The position numbers and the translations under genes are program-made. DNA of 64,000 bases, taken from positions 76,880,001 to 76,944,000 of the forward strand of contig NC_043006.1 in NCBI RefSeq assembly GCF_006345805.1. The letters run 5' to 3'. The notes under the pieces were generated by a model. It was not told the origin of the DNA and ran no database searches. It was given only the letters and a program-made list of their open reading frames with translations. Source of the DNA: Octopus sinensis. Lineage: Eukaryota. Shown piece after piece: positions 38,698-52,154 of the stretch; within the stretch, counting starts at the first letter, position 1, and the number at the start of each line of letters is the position of its first letter.

Positions 38698-39775
38698 CAC
38701 CACCACTAACACCAGTACCGATAGCACCACAACCACCACCATCACATATACCCCACCACCACTACCAATAGCACTACAACCACCTCCACTAACACCACTA
38801 CCGATAGCACCACAACCACCACCATCACATATACCCCACCACCACTACCAATAGCACTACAACCACCTCCACTAACACCAGTACCGATAGCACCACAACC
38901 ACCACCATCACATATACCCCACCACCACTACCAATAGCACTACAACCACCTCCACTAACACCACTACCGATAGCACCACAACCACCACCATCACATATAC
39001 CCCACCACCACTACCAATAGCACTACAACCACCTCCACTAACACCACTACCGATAGCACCACAACCACCACCATCACATATACCCCACCACCACTACCAA
39101 TAGCACTACAACCACCTCCACTAACACCAGTACCGATAGCACCACAACCACCACCATCACATATACCCCACCACCACTACCAATAGCACTACAACCACCT
39201 CCACTAACACCACTACCGATAGCACCACAACCACCACCATCACATATACCCCACCACCAACCACTACCAATAGCACTACAACCACCACCTCCACTAACAC
39301 ACTACCGTTAGCACCACAACCACCACCATCACATATACCCCACCACCACTACCAATAGCACTACAACCACCTCCACTAATACCACTACCGATAGCACCAC
39401 AACCATCACCATCACATATACCCCACCACCACCACTACCAATAGCACTACAACCACCTCCACTAACACCACTACCGTTAGCACCACAACCACCACCATCA
39501 CATATACCCCACCACCACTACCAATAGCACTACAACCACCTCCACTAACACCACTACCGTTAGCACCACAACCACCACCATCACATATACCCCACCACCA
39601 CTACCAATAGCACTACAACCACCTCCACTAACACCACTACCGTTAGCACCATAACCACCACCATCACATATACCCCACCACCACTACCAATAGCACTACA
39701 ACCACCTCCACTAACACCGCTACCGATAGCACCACAACCACCACCACCACATATACCCCACCGCCACCACCACAC
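38698..39775. repeat. 83-bp ACC-rich minisatellite, ~13 units
   Basis: Unit ccaccactaccaatagcactacaaccacctccactaacaccactaccgatagcaccacaaccaccaccatcacatatacccca; the marker atcacatata recurs at 38741 and 38824. Confidence 0.95.
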
Positions 39776-40169
39776 AAATACCACGATAACGCTTGCACTA
39801 CCACCACCACCACCAACAGCAACAACAGCTCCACCGAGTCCACCACAAATAACACCTGTACCACCAAACAACCGACAACCTCCTACACCCACCATTACCA
39901 CATATGTTTATGAAACCAAATGCCACGATTGTCAAAACAACTACCTAAAATATTAACACAAGGCACCACCACACAATCATATTCACTGCTGCACCAAATA
40001 GTGCATATATGCTCAAATGCATTTGTAAAGCCATTGCACAAACCAGCTGCTGTATGGTGCATTCAGTTGTTCTTTTACTGCATGCGTAGGTGGTGGCGTT
40101 TTACTAGTCTAGTAACTACCATTTGCAGTGGAGTTGTATAACTGCACTTACATTTTGCATGTGTGTGTA

Positions 40170-40696
40170 TATGGCTAAGTGTCAGCAACAGTGCATACGT
40201 CTATGTGTATAAATATATCATCATCATCTTCATCATGGACTGGTCGGTTTGACAGGAGCTGGCTAGGGCTAAATAGCAGTAGTATGATTCCCTTCATGGG
40301 ACTGTCACATTATGTTGACAGCATACAACTACTTTATATATATAAATATATATATATATATACTACTTTATATATATAAATATATATACATATTTATATA
40401 TATAAAGTAGTTGTATACTGTCAACATAATGTGACAGTCTCATGAAGGGAATCATACTACTGCTATTTAGCCCTAGCCAGCTCCTGCCAAACCGACCAGT
40501 CCATGACAGCTTTGAAAGTAGGCATTAAATGATGAAGATGATGATGATATATTTATACACATAGACGTATGCACTCTTGCTGACACTTAGCCATAATATA
40601 TATATATATATATTTATATATATAAAGTAGTTGTATGCTGTCAACATAATGTGACAGTCCCATGAAGGGAATCATACTACTGCTATTTAGCCCTAG
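40170..40696. repeat. Long palindrome centred on a TA tract, plus third partial copy
   Basis: 40170-40350 is the reverse complement of ~40392-40595; 40612-40696 repeats 40392-40476. Confidence 0.92.
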
Positions 40697-41481
40697 GAAG
40701 CAGCAACACTTCCTGTCGGAACCTTGATTGCTATCCTTAGTAGTATAGGTTTATTGTACTTCACGCTGGAAAACTCTCAAACATACTATTGCATATAGAT
40801 ATATATATATATATATATATATATAAACATACACACACAGGAACAAATATTCTTAGATGTTTTCAACTATGTTTCATATTTATTATGCAGACTAATTAAT
40901 TGTAAATCACAATATTCTAAATTATTGTTAATATTAATTATTTATTAATTACTTTATTATTACATGCCTCAGAGGAAAAAGACCAGACAGAACGTGTTAT
41001 ATTTGACACTTCCATATCTAAAGTCATATACACATATCACTTCAGATGTATATAGTTATATCTAAGTGTACCTATGTACATTAGTATATACCTGTGTATG
41101 GGTGTGTGAGTTTGTGTGTACATAAACATTGAATTTTTGTACATTTAAAGAAGTGTTAGTAAATTACGTGGGAATTGTATTTACTTCCATTTAACTTGCA
41201 TACATCATATTTATCTCTGTATCTCTCTAACTTTTTACATACCTATCTCTCCGTCACTCCGTTTAACAACTTGTTCATCTGTCCTCTGTACACCTATACC
41301 TGCATTTTTGAGCAAAAGCTTTCCTTTCTTGTTGCTGCTATTCACTCAGTTGCAAATGTGTGACCCTGCAAATGGACTAGCTTTGTGATCAGAAGGAAAG
41401 TTGGCTTCATTGTCTAGTGTATTGTGGTTAGAGATGTATAACAAAAGCTGATCGACTGGTTGATCAAGTGATATATATATT

Positions 41482-41557
<76 letters not shown>

Positions 41558-41560
41558 ATA

Positions 41561-41934
41561 TATATATTTATATACAGACAGATAGATAGATAGAGATAGA
41601 TAGATAGATAGATAGATAGTTAGATACATTGATAGATTGGTAGTTATAGAGGAATGAATTGATAAATAGAGAGATAGATAAGTATATATATCAACATCAT
41701 TGTTTAACATCTGCTGTCCCAGCTGGCATGGGTTAGAGAGTTTGACTAGGGCTGATGAGCCAGAGATTTGCACAAGATTCCAATCTGATTTGGCATGGTT
41801 TTTACAGCTGGATGCTGTTCATAACACCAACCCCTACAGGAGTGTTATGGCTGCTTTTGCATGCCATCAGTATGGGTGCCATTCATGTGTGTATGTGTGC
41901 GTGAATATATATGTATATATATATATATGTATGC

Positions 41935-41965
<31 letters not shown>

Positions 41966-42811
41966 ATGTCATTATCATCATCATCATTCAATGTCCGCTT
42001 TCCATGCTAGCATGGGTTGGACGATTTGACTGAGGACTGGCGAACCAGATGGCTGCACCAGGCTCCAATCTGATCTGGCAGAGTTTCTACAGTTGGATGC
42101 CTTTCCTAATGCCTACCATTCTGAAAGTGTAGTGGGTGCTTTCATGTGGCTCCGGCATGAGGGCCACTCAGGCAGTACTGGCAATGGCCATGCTCAAGTG
42201 GTGTCTTTTACATGGCAGCTGCACAGTCAACCTTGCTCGAATGTCTTTCATGTGCCACCGGCGCAAGTGCCAGTAAGGTGACGCTGGTAACGATCCGTTT
42301 GAATGGTGCTTTTTACATGCCACCAGCACAGAAGCCAGTCAGCTGCTCTGGCAGCAAGAGAGAGCAAATGGCTAAGGACTGTTTAGGTGTGAAGTTGGTG
42401 TATTTCCAGTGAAGTACTCGCCTCAAGAACTAGGATGTCAACACTGTCAGGATCCAAACCAAAGCCAGAAAACTTCAGTTGTAGAAAATCCAAGTTTCAT
42501 GATGATTATACCATCATATGGCTTGGCAAAGAATATACAATCCAATGAAAAGAAGAAGATAAAGACAATTCGTTAACACATCTTCAATTATGATTTGCAA
42601 ATGTTTCAGTCCCATCTTTTCCTTTTAAAAATTTTTGTGTAAACTAGTGCTGCAAACGGAAATGGTAGAGAAAACTTTGTAATTTACAATTAAAGATGTG
42701 ACAATGAATTTTCTTTGGCTTCTACTTTTCATTGGTATATATATATATATATTATATATATATATAATATATATATATACATGTATATATATTATATATT
42801 TATATACAGAC

Positions 42812-42853
<42 letters not shown>

Positions 42854-43167
42854 TTAGATACATTGATAGATTGGTAGTTATAGAGGAATGAATTGATAAA
42901 TAGAGAGATAGATAAGTATATATATCAACATCATTGTTTAACATCTGCTGTCCCAGCTGGCATGGGTTAGAGAGTTGACTAGGGCTGATGAGCCAGAGAT
43001 TTGCACAAGATTCCAATCTGATTTGGCATGGTTTTTACAGCTGGATGCTGTTCATAACACCAACCCCTACAGGAGTGTTATGGCTGCTTTTGCATGCCAT
43101 CAGTATGGGTGCCATTCATGTGTGTATGTGTGCGTGAATATATATGTATATATATATATATGTATGC

Positions 43168-43201
<34 letters not shown>

Positions 43202-43967
43202 GTCATTATCATCATCATCATTCAATGTCCGCTTTCCATGCTAGCATGGGTTGGACGATTTGACTGAGGACTGGCGAACCAGATGGCTGCACCAGGCTCC
43301 AATCTGATCTGGCAGAGTTTCTACAGTTGGATGCCTTTCCTAATGCCTACCATTCTGAAAGTGTAGTGGGTGCTTTCATGTGGCTCCGGCATGAGGGCCA
43401 CTCAGGCAGTACTGGCAATGGCCATGCTCAAGTGGTGTCTTTTACATGGCAGCTGCACAGTCAACCTTGCTCGAATGTCTTTCATGTGCCACCGGCGCAA
43501 GTGCCAGTAAGGTGACGCTGGTAACGATCCCGTTTGAATGGTGCTTTTTACATGCCACCAGCACAGAAGCCAGTCAGCTGCTCTGGCAGCAAGAGAGAGC
43601 AAATGGCTAAGGACTGTTTAGGTGTGAAGTTGGTGTATTTCCAGTGAAGTACTCGCCTCAAGAACTAGGATGTCAACACTGTCAGGATCCAAACCAAAGC
43701 CAGAAAACTTCAGTTGTAGAAAATCCAAGTTTCATGATGATTATACATCATATGGCTTGGCAAAGAATATACAATCCAATGAAAAGAAGAAGATAAAGAC
43801 AATTCGTTAACACATCTTCAATTATGATTTGCAAATGTTTCAGTCCCATCTTTTCCTTTTAAAAATTTTTGTGTAAACTAGTGCTGCAAACGGAAATGGT
43901 AGAGAAAACTTTGTAATTTACAATTAAAGATGTGACAATGAATTTTCTTTGGCTTCTACTTTTCATT

Positions 43968-43970
<3 letters not shown>
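41561..43970. repeat. Near-identical tandem duplication, period ~1234 bp
   Basis: 41561-42736 matches ~42795-43970; differences are single-base indels and microsatellite lengths. Confidence 0.95.
41972..42356 (-). mobile_element. SINE-like family E with (ATG)n tail (duplicate at 43205-43590; older copies at ~41692, 42926, 53058, 53917)
   Basis: catcatcatcattcaatgtccgctttccatgctagcatgggttggacg..ttctacag(t/c)tggatgc recurs in the window. Confidence 0.75.
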
Positions 43971-44015
<45 letters not shown>

Positions 44016-44457
44016 TTCACAGACATATATACACACATTTCTAGGTGTGTTTGAGACTTTCTATAATTGTGTCAGCATATAGATAACAATTTCTAAGATG
44101 AGGATACAAGTATGCTTGTTCATGAATACATGTACAAATTCATGATTGTTGCTGTAAATGTGTGTGTGTGCACTCATGCGCATATCAGTGGAGCTTGCAC
44201 ATGAACAGTTTCTTGTAAAATCCTTTAGCTTTATTGCTGTGGAACCATAATTCCTATTCACCAAGATATATGAAGCAAATCTAAGGATCCTCAACAGGAA
44301 AGTATATACATACATATATATATATACACACACAAATCTCTCTCTATATATATGTACATACATATATATCATATATGTACACACACATATATATATGTAA
44401 ATTTATCTATCTATCTATCTATATGTATATGTATATATATATATATTATATATATAT

Positions 44458-44501
<44 letters not shown>

Positions 44502-45730
44502 AATCTATATATAGATATACACAAATCTATATATAGATATACATTTGTACATAACAGTACAAATATATGTACATATATATATAGAGAGAGATAAATATAT
44601 ATAGACATAGTTATATGATTAAGACTCTTATATTTAATTTAAAGAATTCAATAGACTATGCTGATATTCTTCAGAAGAGTTCACAGAGCAACATTAATTT
44701 CCTTGATTTAGTTAAGATAGCATAATAAGAAATCTCAGACTGACTTACAGACTCACACACACACACACACACACATCCACATCTGTGTATATAAGCGTGT
44801 ATATATGTGTGTATGTATATATTCATACATGCATGTGTGTATATATTTGCAGCGTACATGTATTTTAATATCTTTATAACTAGATATTTTTCTGTTGTCT
44901 ACACTCACACATATACACACATATATACACACTTGCATAAAAATAATTGTTGTATTTTGCCAATTGATATAAATATGAAGAGAACCATAATTCTGAGCAA
45001 TCTCATAAATACAGAAATTAGTTTTTATATAGTTTTATCTAGACTCATGTGTGTATGAATGTGTGAGTCTGCATATGTGTGTGTGTGTGTGCTTGTGTGC
45101 ATGAATGGTTGTGTGTGTGTTTGTGTGTGTAAAGTGGACATACAATTATATTAAATATACCTATGTCCCCTCAGATTGAAAGAATGATAAACACCCGTAA
45201 TCGATTTGTGACCCTAAGCGTGTTCTTATCAGAGCGGCCTCAGGCTACAAATTTGTGAATTATAAGTGATTAGCATCTTATGAAATATCAGAGGCTTGTC
45301 CATACTATATGAAAAAAATGGTATAATGTATATAAATCTATGCAGTAGATATAGAAGGATCTCAAGTTTACCTATTTCCACAAAATTTGGAAAAAATTAT
45401 GTTTATAGCCTACTCTCTAATGAACCCAGACCAACCAAATGACACTGAAAGTGAAGGCAGACTTTTGTATATACAGTGTGTTCTCAAATCATTTTTACAT
45501 CTTCTACAGTTTATCATATTTTATTATGTAGATGTATTGTGTACAGCCATTGGAGGCCATGTGGAAGTGTACTAATGTTTCTGATAAAACTTTGTTTGCC
45601 AATAAACTCTGTTGAGTTATCCATATTTTCCATTTTTGCTAAAGTTTTGAAAATTGTAAAGGTAATTTATGGATAACCAGTATATATCTGTATCTATATT
45701 TCCCCCCTTCTCTCTCTCTGTGTCTCTCTT

Positions 45731-45769
<39 letters not shown>

Positions 45770-46214
45770 ATTTAAATCTAAAATAATAAGGGTGAAGAAT
45801 TGAATATTAATTTGATTAATATCAATTTAAAACCAATGGTCTAGCATATTAAAATCTGAAGGTTCAGAAAATTATATTACATACATACATTGCAGAAAAC
45901 TTACCTCAACATAATCCATCCAAACTGAAAAATTATGGAAGTGTAGAAGTTAAATTATGATGGCAAATGATGATGATGATGATGTATACTTATCTATAGA
46001 TATGTAACCAAAGTCAGAAGTACTGTTATTTACAGTTTAAAACCTAACCGCATAACCTGATTCTTTGAAGGATTAAAAACCTTAAATATACTCAAAATTA
46101 TAAACAACAAGCGAAGATAAGAATATTTTCTAATTCAAACATTTATACATATATGCAAATTTGTAAAAGTGTTTATGCAGAAATGCGTGCATATCTGTAT
46201 CCATGTCAATGGCT

Positions 46215-46320
46215 ATATGTGTATGAATGTATGTATATGTGTATGAATGTATGTATATGAGTATGAATGTATGTATATGAGTATGAATGTATGTATAAGT
46301 TTGTGAATATGTATGAATGT
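46215..46320. repeat. 20-bp minisatellite atatg(t/a)gtatgaatgtatgt, ~4-5 units
   Basis: Directly visible. Confidence 0.85.
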
Positions 46321-46982
46321 GTGCGAATGAGCTCTCTCTTTTCTATGTTGTTTACAAAACTGTTTTAAATCCATATTACAGAGATATATCAATATTTTTT
46401 AATTATTGTTGTTGTTGTTGTCATCCCCCTCTTCTTCCTCATCATCATCAACATTATTTACATATGCAATATATATAATCTCTCTTATAATCTTCACATG
46501 TTTATGTTTTATTTTATTATAATTTTTTTTTTTCTATTTTCTTATTCTCCTACATGTTGCTTAGTTCTGATTCAATTTTACAAAATGGCTAATTATAAAT
46601 AGAATTGCTAAAATTTACATTTTTGATGTTCTAAGTCTCTTTGGTTTCAACTTTAAAGAATCCTATTATTCTAATTTCCTGATTTTTCTTTTGGTAGAAG
46701 GAGGAGAGTGTTTTTCAATTTTGTTCTTATACAGTTTTATTTTACCATTTATCTTCAAGTCAGGAAAGAATGCAACATTATCAAATATGTACTTGTCGAG
46801 ATCTTTTCTTTAACCCTATTAATACCAAACTGCACATTAGTACAGATATAATACTGCAGCTGTTAAATATTAATCACAGAGCAGGCCCAACTCTCCATCA
46901 AATAAATTCAAAGAGATATGATTTTCATAAAACATTAAATTTAACTTTGCCAAATTTGTTTATTTTACTTAATTTACAATAC

Positions 46983-47033
<51 letters not shown>

Positions 47034-47035
<2 letters not shown>

Positions 47036-47203
47036 CACAGTGTGGCTGTGTGGTAAGAAGCTTACTTCCCAACCACATGGTTCTGGGTTCAGTTCTACTG
47101 TGTGGTACCTTGGGCAAGTGTTTTGTACTATAGCCTCAGGCAAACCAAAGCCTTGTGAGTGGATTTGGTAGATGGAAACTGAAAGAAGCCTTTTGGATAT
47201 ATA

Positions 47204-47239
<36 letters not shown>

Positions 47240-47520
47240 TGTATGTATGTATGTATGTATGTATGTATGTATGCATGTATGTATGTATGTATGTATGTAT
47301 GTATGTATGTATGTATGTATGAATGAATGAATATATTTGTGTGTGTGTGTTAGTGCTTGTCCCTGTATGTTGGTGTTTTCATCCTTGTAACTTAGTGGTT
47401 CAGCAAAAGAGACAGACAGAATGAATATTAGGCTTACAAAGAATAAGTCCTGGGGGTTGATTTGTTGAACTAAAGGTAGTACTCTAGCATGGCCACAGTC
47501 AAATGACTGAAACAAGTAAA
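47034..47520 (+). mobile_element. SINE family A, diverged, expanded internal (TATG)n
   Basis: Homology to family A; many CpG to TpG/CpA changes. Confidence 0.88.
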
Positions 47521-47635
47521 TGAAAGAAAGTAAATTAAAAAAGAACTTTAAATTTATCCAAAATTGAAACCTGAAGACATTCCTGGTTCTGTGATACAAA
47601 TTAAATATAAATTAACACCTTCCATCAAAATTTAC

Positions 47636-48038
47636 ACTTTTACTCTTTTACTTGTTTCAGTCATTTGATTGTAGCCATGATGGAGCACCGCCTTTAGTCG
47701 AGCAAATCGAACCCATGACAATTCTTTGTAAGCCTAGTGCTTATTCTATCGGTCTCATTTGCCGGACCACTAAGTTACAAGGACATAAAAACACCAGCAT
47801 TGGTTGTCAAGTGAGGTTGAGGGGACAAACACAGACACATAAACATATACGCACACATACATATATATATGCATATATACACGGGGGTTCTTTCAGTTTC
47901 TGTCTATCAAATCCATTCACAAGGCTTTGGTCGGCCTGAGGCTATAGTAGAAGACACTTGCCCAAGGTGCTACACAGTGGGACTAAACCTGGAACCATGT
48001 GGTTAGTAAGCAAGCTACTTACCACACAGCCACCGCTG
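47636..48038 (-). mobile_element. SINE family A, full length
   Basis: Reverse-complement homology; tail-to-tail with the 47034 copy. Confidence 0.88.
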
Positions 48039-48233
48039 CTTAATAATGACTGTCATTTTACGAAATTCTTCATTATTTTCAAAATTAATTAAAACAGAGT
48101 TTGTTTGTTTGAAAAAGGGATAGTAACAAAAGAGTTAAAATGGCAATATACTCAATGACATTGTTGCCAAACTGTATGGACATTGCCTATTGTTTGGTCA
48201 TCATCAGTGATGCTAAGGTAACAGCTAGATTTT

Positions 48234-48542
48234 GTGGAAGCACATGGCCTAGTGGTTAGGGCAGCGGATTCGTAGTCGTGGGATTGCGGGTTCGAATCTC
48301 AGATCGGGGGATGTGTGTGTTTATGAGCGAAACACCTAATCTTCACATGGCTCTAGCAGAAGATAATGGTGAACTTCTGCTGACTCTTTCGCCACAACTT
48401 TGTCTCACTCTTTCCTCCTGCATCTTGCAGCTCACCTGCGACGGACTGGCGTCCCATCCCAGTGGGGAACCTATACACCAAGGAAACCGGGAAACCGGCC
48501 CTTATGAGCCAGGTATGGCTCGAGAAGGAACAGACAACTACA
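48234..48542 (+). mobile_element. SINE with family C-type head but a different body and tail; 14-bp TSD
   Basis: TSD aacagctagatttt at 48220-48233 and 48543-48556; head tggcctagtggttagggcagcgga..gggttcgaatctc. Confidence 0.88.
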
Positions 48543-49414
48543 AACAGCTAGATTTTTTCCCTGAAGCCATAATCTTTGACCTGCTTCATGCAGAACTCAT
48601 TCCAGGTGCAGATTCTCAGACCATCTTTTACATATAAGGTCATTGATTAGGCACATTAAAATGATGACGTGTGCCCATGTACACAAACACATATACATGC
48701 ACACAAATGCTAGGAAGGGCATCTGGCTATAAAAACATCCCGAAAGATGCTGAAACATGATGCTGTCCTTTGTTTAATCAATTGCTGTTGTACCGTTCAA
48801 ACTGTACCAGTGCGGAGAGGGAACATTAAATGATGATGATGCTGAGGTGGAGGATAATGGTGACGATGAGAATGATGGTGGGGATGATAATGATGATGAT
48901 GAGGATGGGGAACAGCGGTCGTGGTTGTGTTGGTGTTTGTAGTGATGCAGTTGAGAATGATAATGATGATAATGATGCTTTATCAACGTTGATGGAAATA
49001 TTCATACTATTTATAATACAGCGTCTTTTTTGCTAGATTATAACCAATTTAGAAAACCATTTTATATTTCAATTTTCTTTTATGTCTTTTTACTTACTAT
49101 TCATTTTTCATAATTGTTGTATATTTATATTTATATGCACATATCTCTGATCTACACATCTCTTTTCTGTTCAATTTAATTATTTTTCATATCTTCTACT
49201 TAATTTTAATATAGAAGTTCTACTATCTTCTGAATCCATTATATATAATTATAAAAACAAATACATGCATATGAACAATAGATTAGAGTGACTGTTCATC
49301 TCATGATGTGTTACTGTATTTAATTGACTATTGTGGCATAAATATAGACATGCAAACTTTAGGCTAATTCTGTTTTGTAATAAGACTTCGATCTGATTTA
49401 GTTCTTCACTTTAA

Positions 49415-49581
49415 CCTTTTAGCATTCAAATTACTCTATTAAAAGTATTGCTTCAAGATTTCAGTGATGTGATTGTTTAGGCTTAAAATGACATTGTAGG
49501 GTAGGTGTGGGAAGCTGGATCTGGTTAGTTTGAATGAAAAAATTATGTGGGCCAGATCTGGCCAATTTAAATATTAAAGGG
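49415..49581. mobile_element. piggyBac-like MITE with TTAA TSD; related inverted copy at ~54740-55330 split by a SINE
   Basis: ttaa|ccttttagcattcaaa ... tttaaatattaaaggg|ttaa. The internal tgacattgtagggtaggtgtg is the reverse complement of cacacctaccctacaatgtca at ~54785. Confidence 0.7.
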
Positions 49582-49651
49582 TTAAAATTTGTTTTATATA
49601 AAAGTTAAAAACAAACTTCAGTGAGACTGGTGATCCTGATACAGCAAGAAC

Positions 49652-49925
49652 GTGGCTGTGCGGTAAGTTCCTTGCTCACGAACCACATGGTTCCAGGTTC
49701 AGTCCCACTGTGTGGCAACTTGGGTAAATGTCTTCTGCTATAGCCTCGGGTTGACCAAAGTCTTGTGAGTGGATTTGGTAGAAGGAAACTGAAAGAAGCC
49801 CATTGTATATATATATATGTATGTGTGTGTGTATATATTTGTCTGTCTGTGTTTGTCCCCCCAACATTGCTTGACAACCGATGCTGGTGTGTTTACATCC
49901 CCTGTAACTTAGCGGTTTGACAAAA
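49652..49925 (+). mobile_element. SINE family A, 3' truncated
   Basis: Family A homology. Confidence 0.85.
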
Positions 49926-50379
49926 ATCAATTACTGATTGAGTAAATAGATCCATGAAAAAACTTATAATGTTGATCAGAAATGCCAAATTTGCTAATAT
50001 AAAGGAATATATTCCAACCATTATTTATACTTTTTCTTGTATACCACTCTGTGTAAAAGACTAATGCAACCCTGAATTCCCTATATAAAATGGTGATGAA
50101 TTATAACTTTGCACCCTGCCATGAGCATACTCAGTATTCTTTACTAATCTAAAAATGATTTGTTAGCTTGGCATATTTGTATTAATAGAGTGCTTATGAA
50201 GTATTTTGCCCTGATAGGTAACCCTTATTGATAACTTTCTCTGTCTGTCTTTCTACCCATGCTTGCATGGAAAACAGTCATTACATGATGATGATATATA
50301 CACACATCTGATATGATTTTTAATCTTCCACACATGCATTTTGAGTTGGATGATGTTTTTCAGGACCGTATGTCAGCAC

Positions 50380-50750
50380 TTGTGTTCCTTTGTTATCTTC
50401 CTCATTGGAATTTGAACACCTGAGATCATCTATTATCAGATAGTCCCATGTATTTCATAATATCTCTCTTCTGTAGTTTTCTTCCATTCACTCTACTTAA
50501 CAATTTTCTAGCCAACAGTCTTTTTAGCATACAAATCCTCTGTCTGTCCTTGCACAAGATTCTCTCAAGCACACTATATCATATTCATTTTGTATCCGAT
50601 TTCTCTCTCACTTCTTTTGTTTTCTGTCATTCATGCACACTAACATTGCACACCCAGCAGAACATGCTTGCCTTATTTCTTTCCAACATTTGCACATTTT
50701 CTGCATTCAAAACCAATGTTAGGATTCCATGCAACATTGCACATCGTAAT
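50380..50750 (-). pseudogene. Highly decayed RTE LINE ORF C-terminal fragment
   Basis: Minus frame RCAMLHGILTLVLNAENVQMLERNKASMFCWVCNVSVHE*QKTKEVREKS resembles RTE 'AMLYGSETW...LER.E..MLRWMC.V'. Confidence 0.75.
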
Positions 50751-51052
50751 GTGAATCTTCATATCCATACATTGTTCATAACAATTTATACTGGATTACA
50801 TTACATATCACTATATAATCTAAATGTGTCATAAATTCTTAGAGCAAATATGAGTTTATAGTAGAAACTCTGGAATATACAAGAACATAGAACTTGAATG
50901 AATAGATAACGTATAATTAATACGTAATCTTTATCTGATTGTGCAGGAACATTTAGACTGATGATGTTTAACTGTGAGAGCAACCCTGCTTCAGCAGTTC
51001 TATTATCTTTACACACACACACCTCATACATACACACACACATGCATATACA

Positions 51053-51665
51053 TACAAGGGTGTGCTAGAGAGTTCCTAGCTTTGGGTACATGAAAATGCA
51101 GGAGAATCAGTTAATCATGATTTTATTCCACTTATTCCCTTCTCAGATTCGTACACTTATTGCAGTGGTCCTTCAGTTATTCTAAGTTCTTTAAAAGAAC
51201 TTGGAAGGTTGGGTCTCCAGCCAGGTTTTATTGCAATAAAGTGGAGGTGCAATGGCCCAGTGGTTAGGGCAGCGGACTCGCGGACATAGGATCGTGGTTT
51301 CGATTCCCAGATCGGGCGTTGTGAGTGTTTATTGAGGGAAAACACCTAAAGCTCCACGAGGCTCCGGCAGGGGATGGTGGTGATCCCTGCTGTACTCTTT
51401 CACCACAACTTTCTCTCACTCTTACTTCCTGTTTCTGTTGTACCTGTATTTCAAAGGGCCGGCCTTGTCACTCTCTGTGTCATGCTGAATATCCCTGAGA
51501 ACTACGTTAAGGGTACACGTGTCTGTGGAGTGCTCAGCCACTTACACGTTACTTTCACGAGCAGGCTGTTCCGTTGATTCGGATCAACCAGAACACTCAT
51601 CGTTGTAACCGACGGAGTGCTTCGATTGCAATACTCTTGAAGCCAGAAACTTTTCAGGTACACAC
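51053..51665 (-). mobile_element. Mariner deletion derivative carrying a nested SINE
   Basis: Ends tacaagggtgtgctagagagttcctagctt / aagccagaaacttttcaggtacac. The minus strand encodes a mariner-like C-terminus LKDHCNKCTNLRRE*VE*. Confidence 0.7.
51241..51623 (+). mobile_element. SINE family C, full length
   Basis: Near-identical to 21419; TSD attgcaata at 51230-51238 and 51625-51633. Confidence 0.93.
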
Positions 51666-52154
51666 ACACACACACATACACCCAGGCACGTGCACATATG
51701 TAGCTAGCTAGGCAGACAGACATAATAATTATTGTGCTTGACATTTCAAATTTAGTTATGAATGAACACATGTAGACATTTATGCATGCACACATATGCA
51801 CATACACATATGCACATATGCATATGCACTTACTCATATGCACATACACATGCACACACACTAAATATATATTTAAACAGTGGCTGTGTCTGTACATTGT
51901 TAAGAAAACTTAATTTTGGGAGTATACTTATGTTCCTGTTGTCTTTCCCAAGGTCAGCCCTGAGAAAGCTTACCTATGATTAATTGCATTCCAGCCTTAC
52001 CATCACTTTAATCAGATACATAGTACCCTCTACAGTATTAAGCTGTGTCACTTTTGCAAGACAGCAAGTTGTGGCTTTTAAGGAATATTTGGTTGGTATT
52101 TCTAGCAATTGAAGTGCTGGTGTTTATTGATAGTAATGAGTATGTATATTTAGA

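Noticed and set aside
38698-39775. CRISPR-like or mucin-coding array
   Set aside because: The units are wholly repeated with no unique spacers, the context is eukaryotic, and the 83-bp period breaks frame and introduces stops.
41300-41365. Possible minus-strand exon with AG/GT boundaries
   Set aside because: Stops in all three frames.
42408-42575. Possible plus-strand exon (VKYSPQELGCQHCQD...)
   Set aside because: Resembles a decayed reverse SINE core, has no good donor, and the duplicate copy differs by a frameshifting indel.
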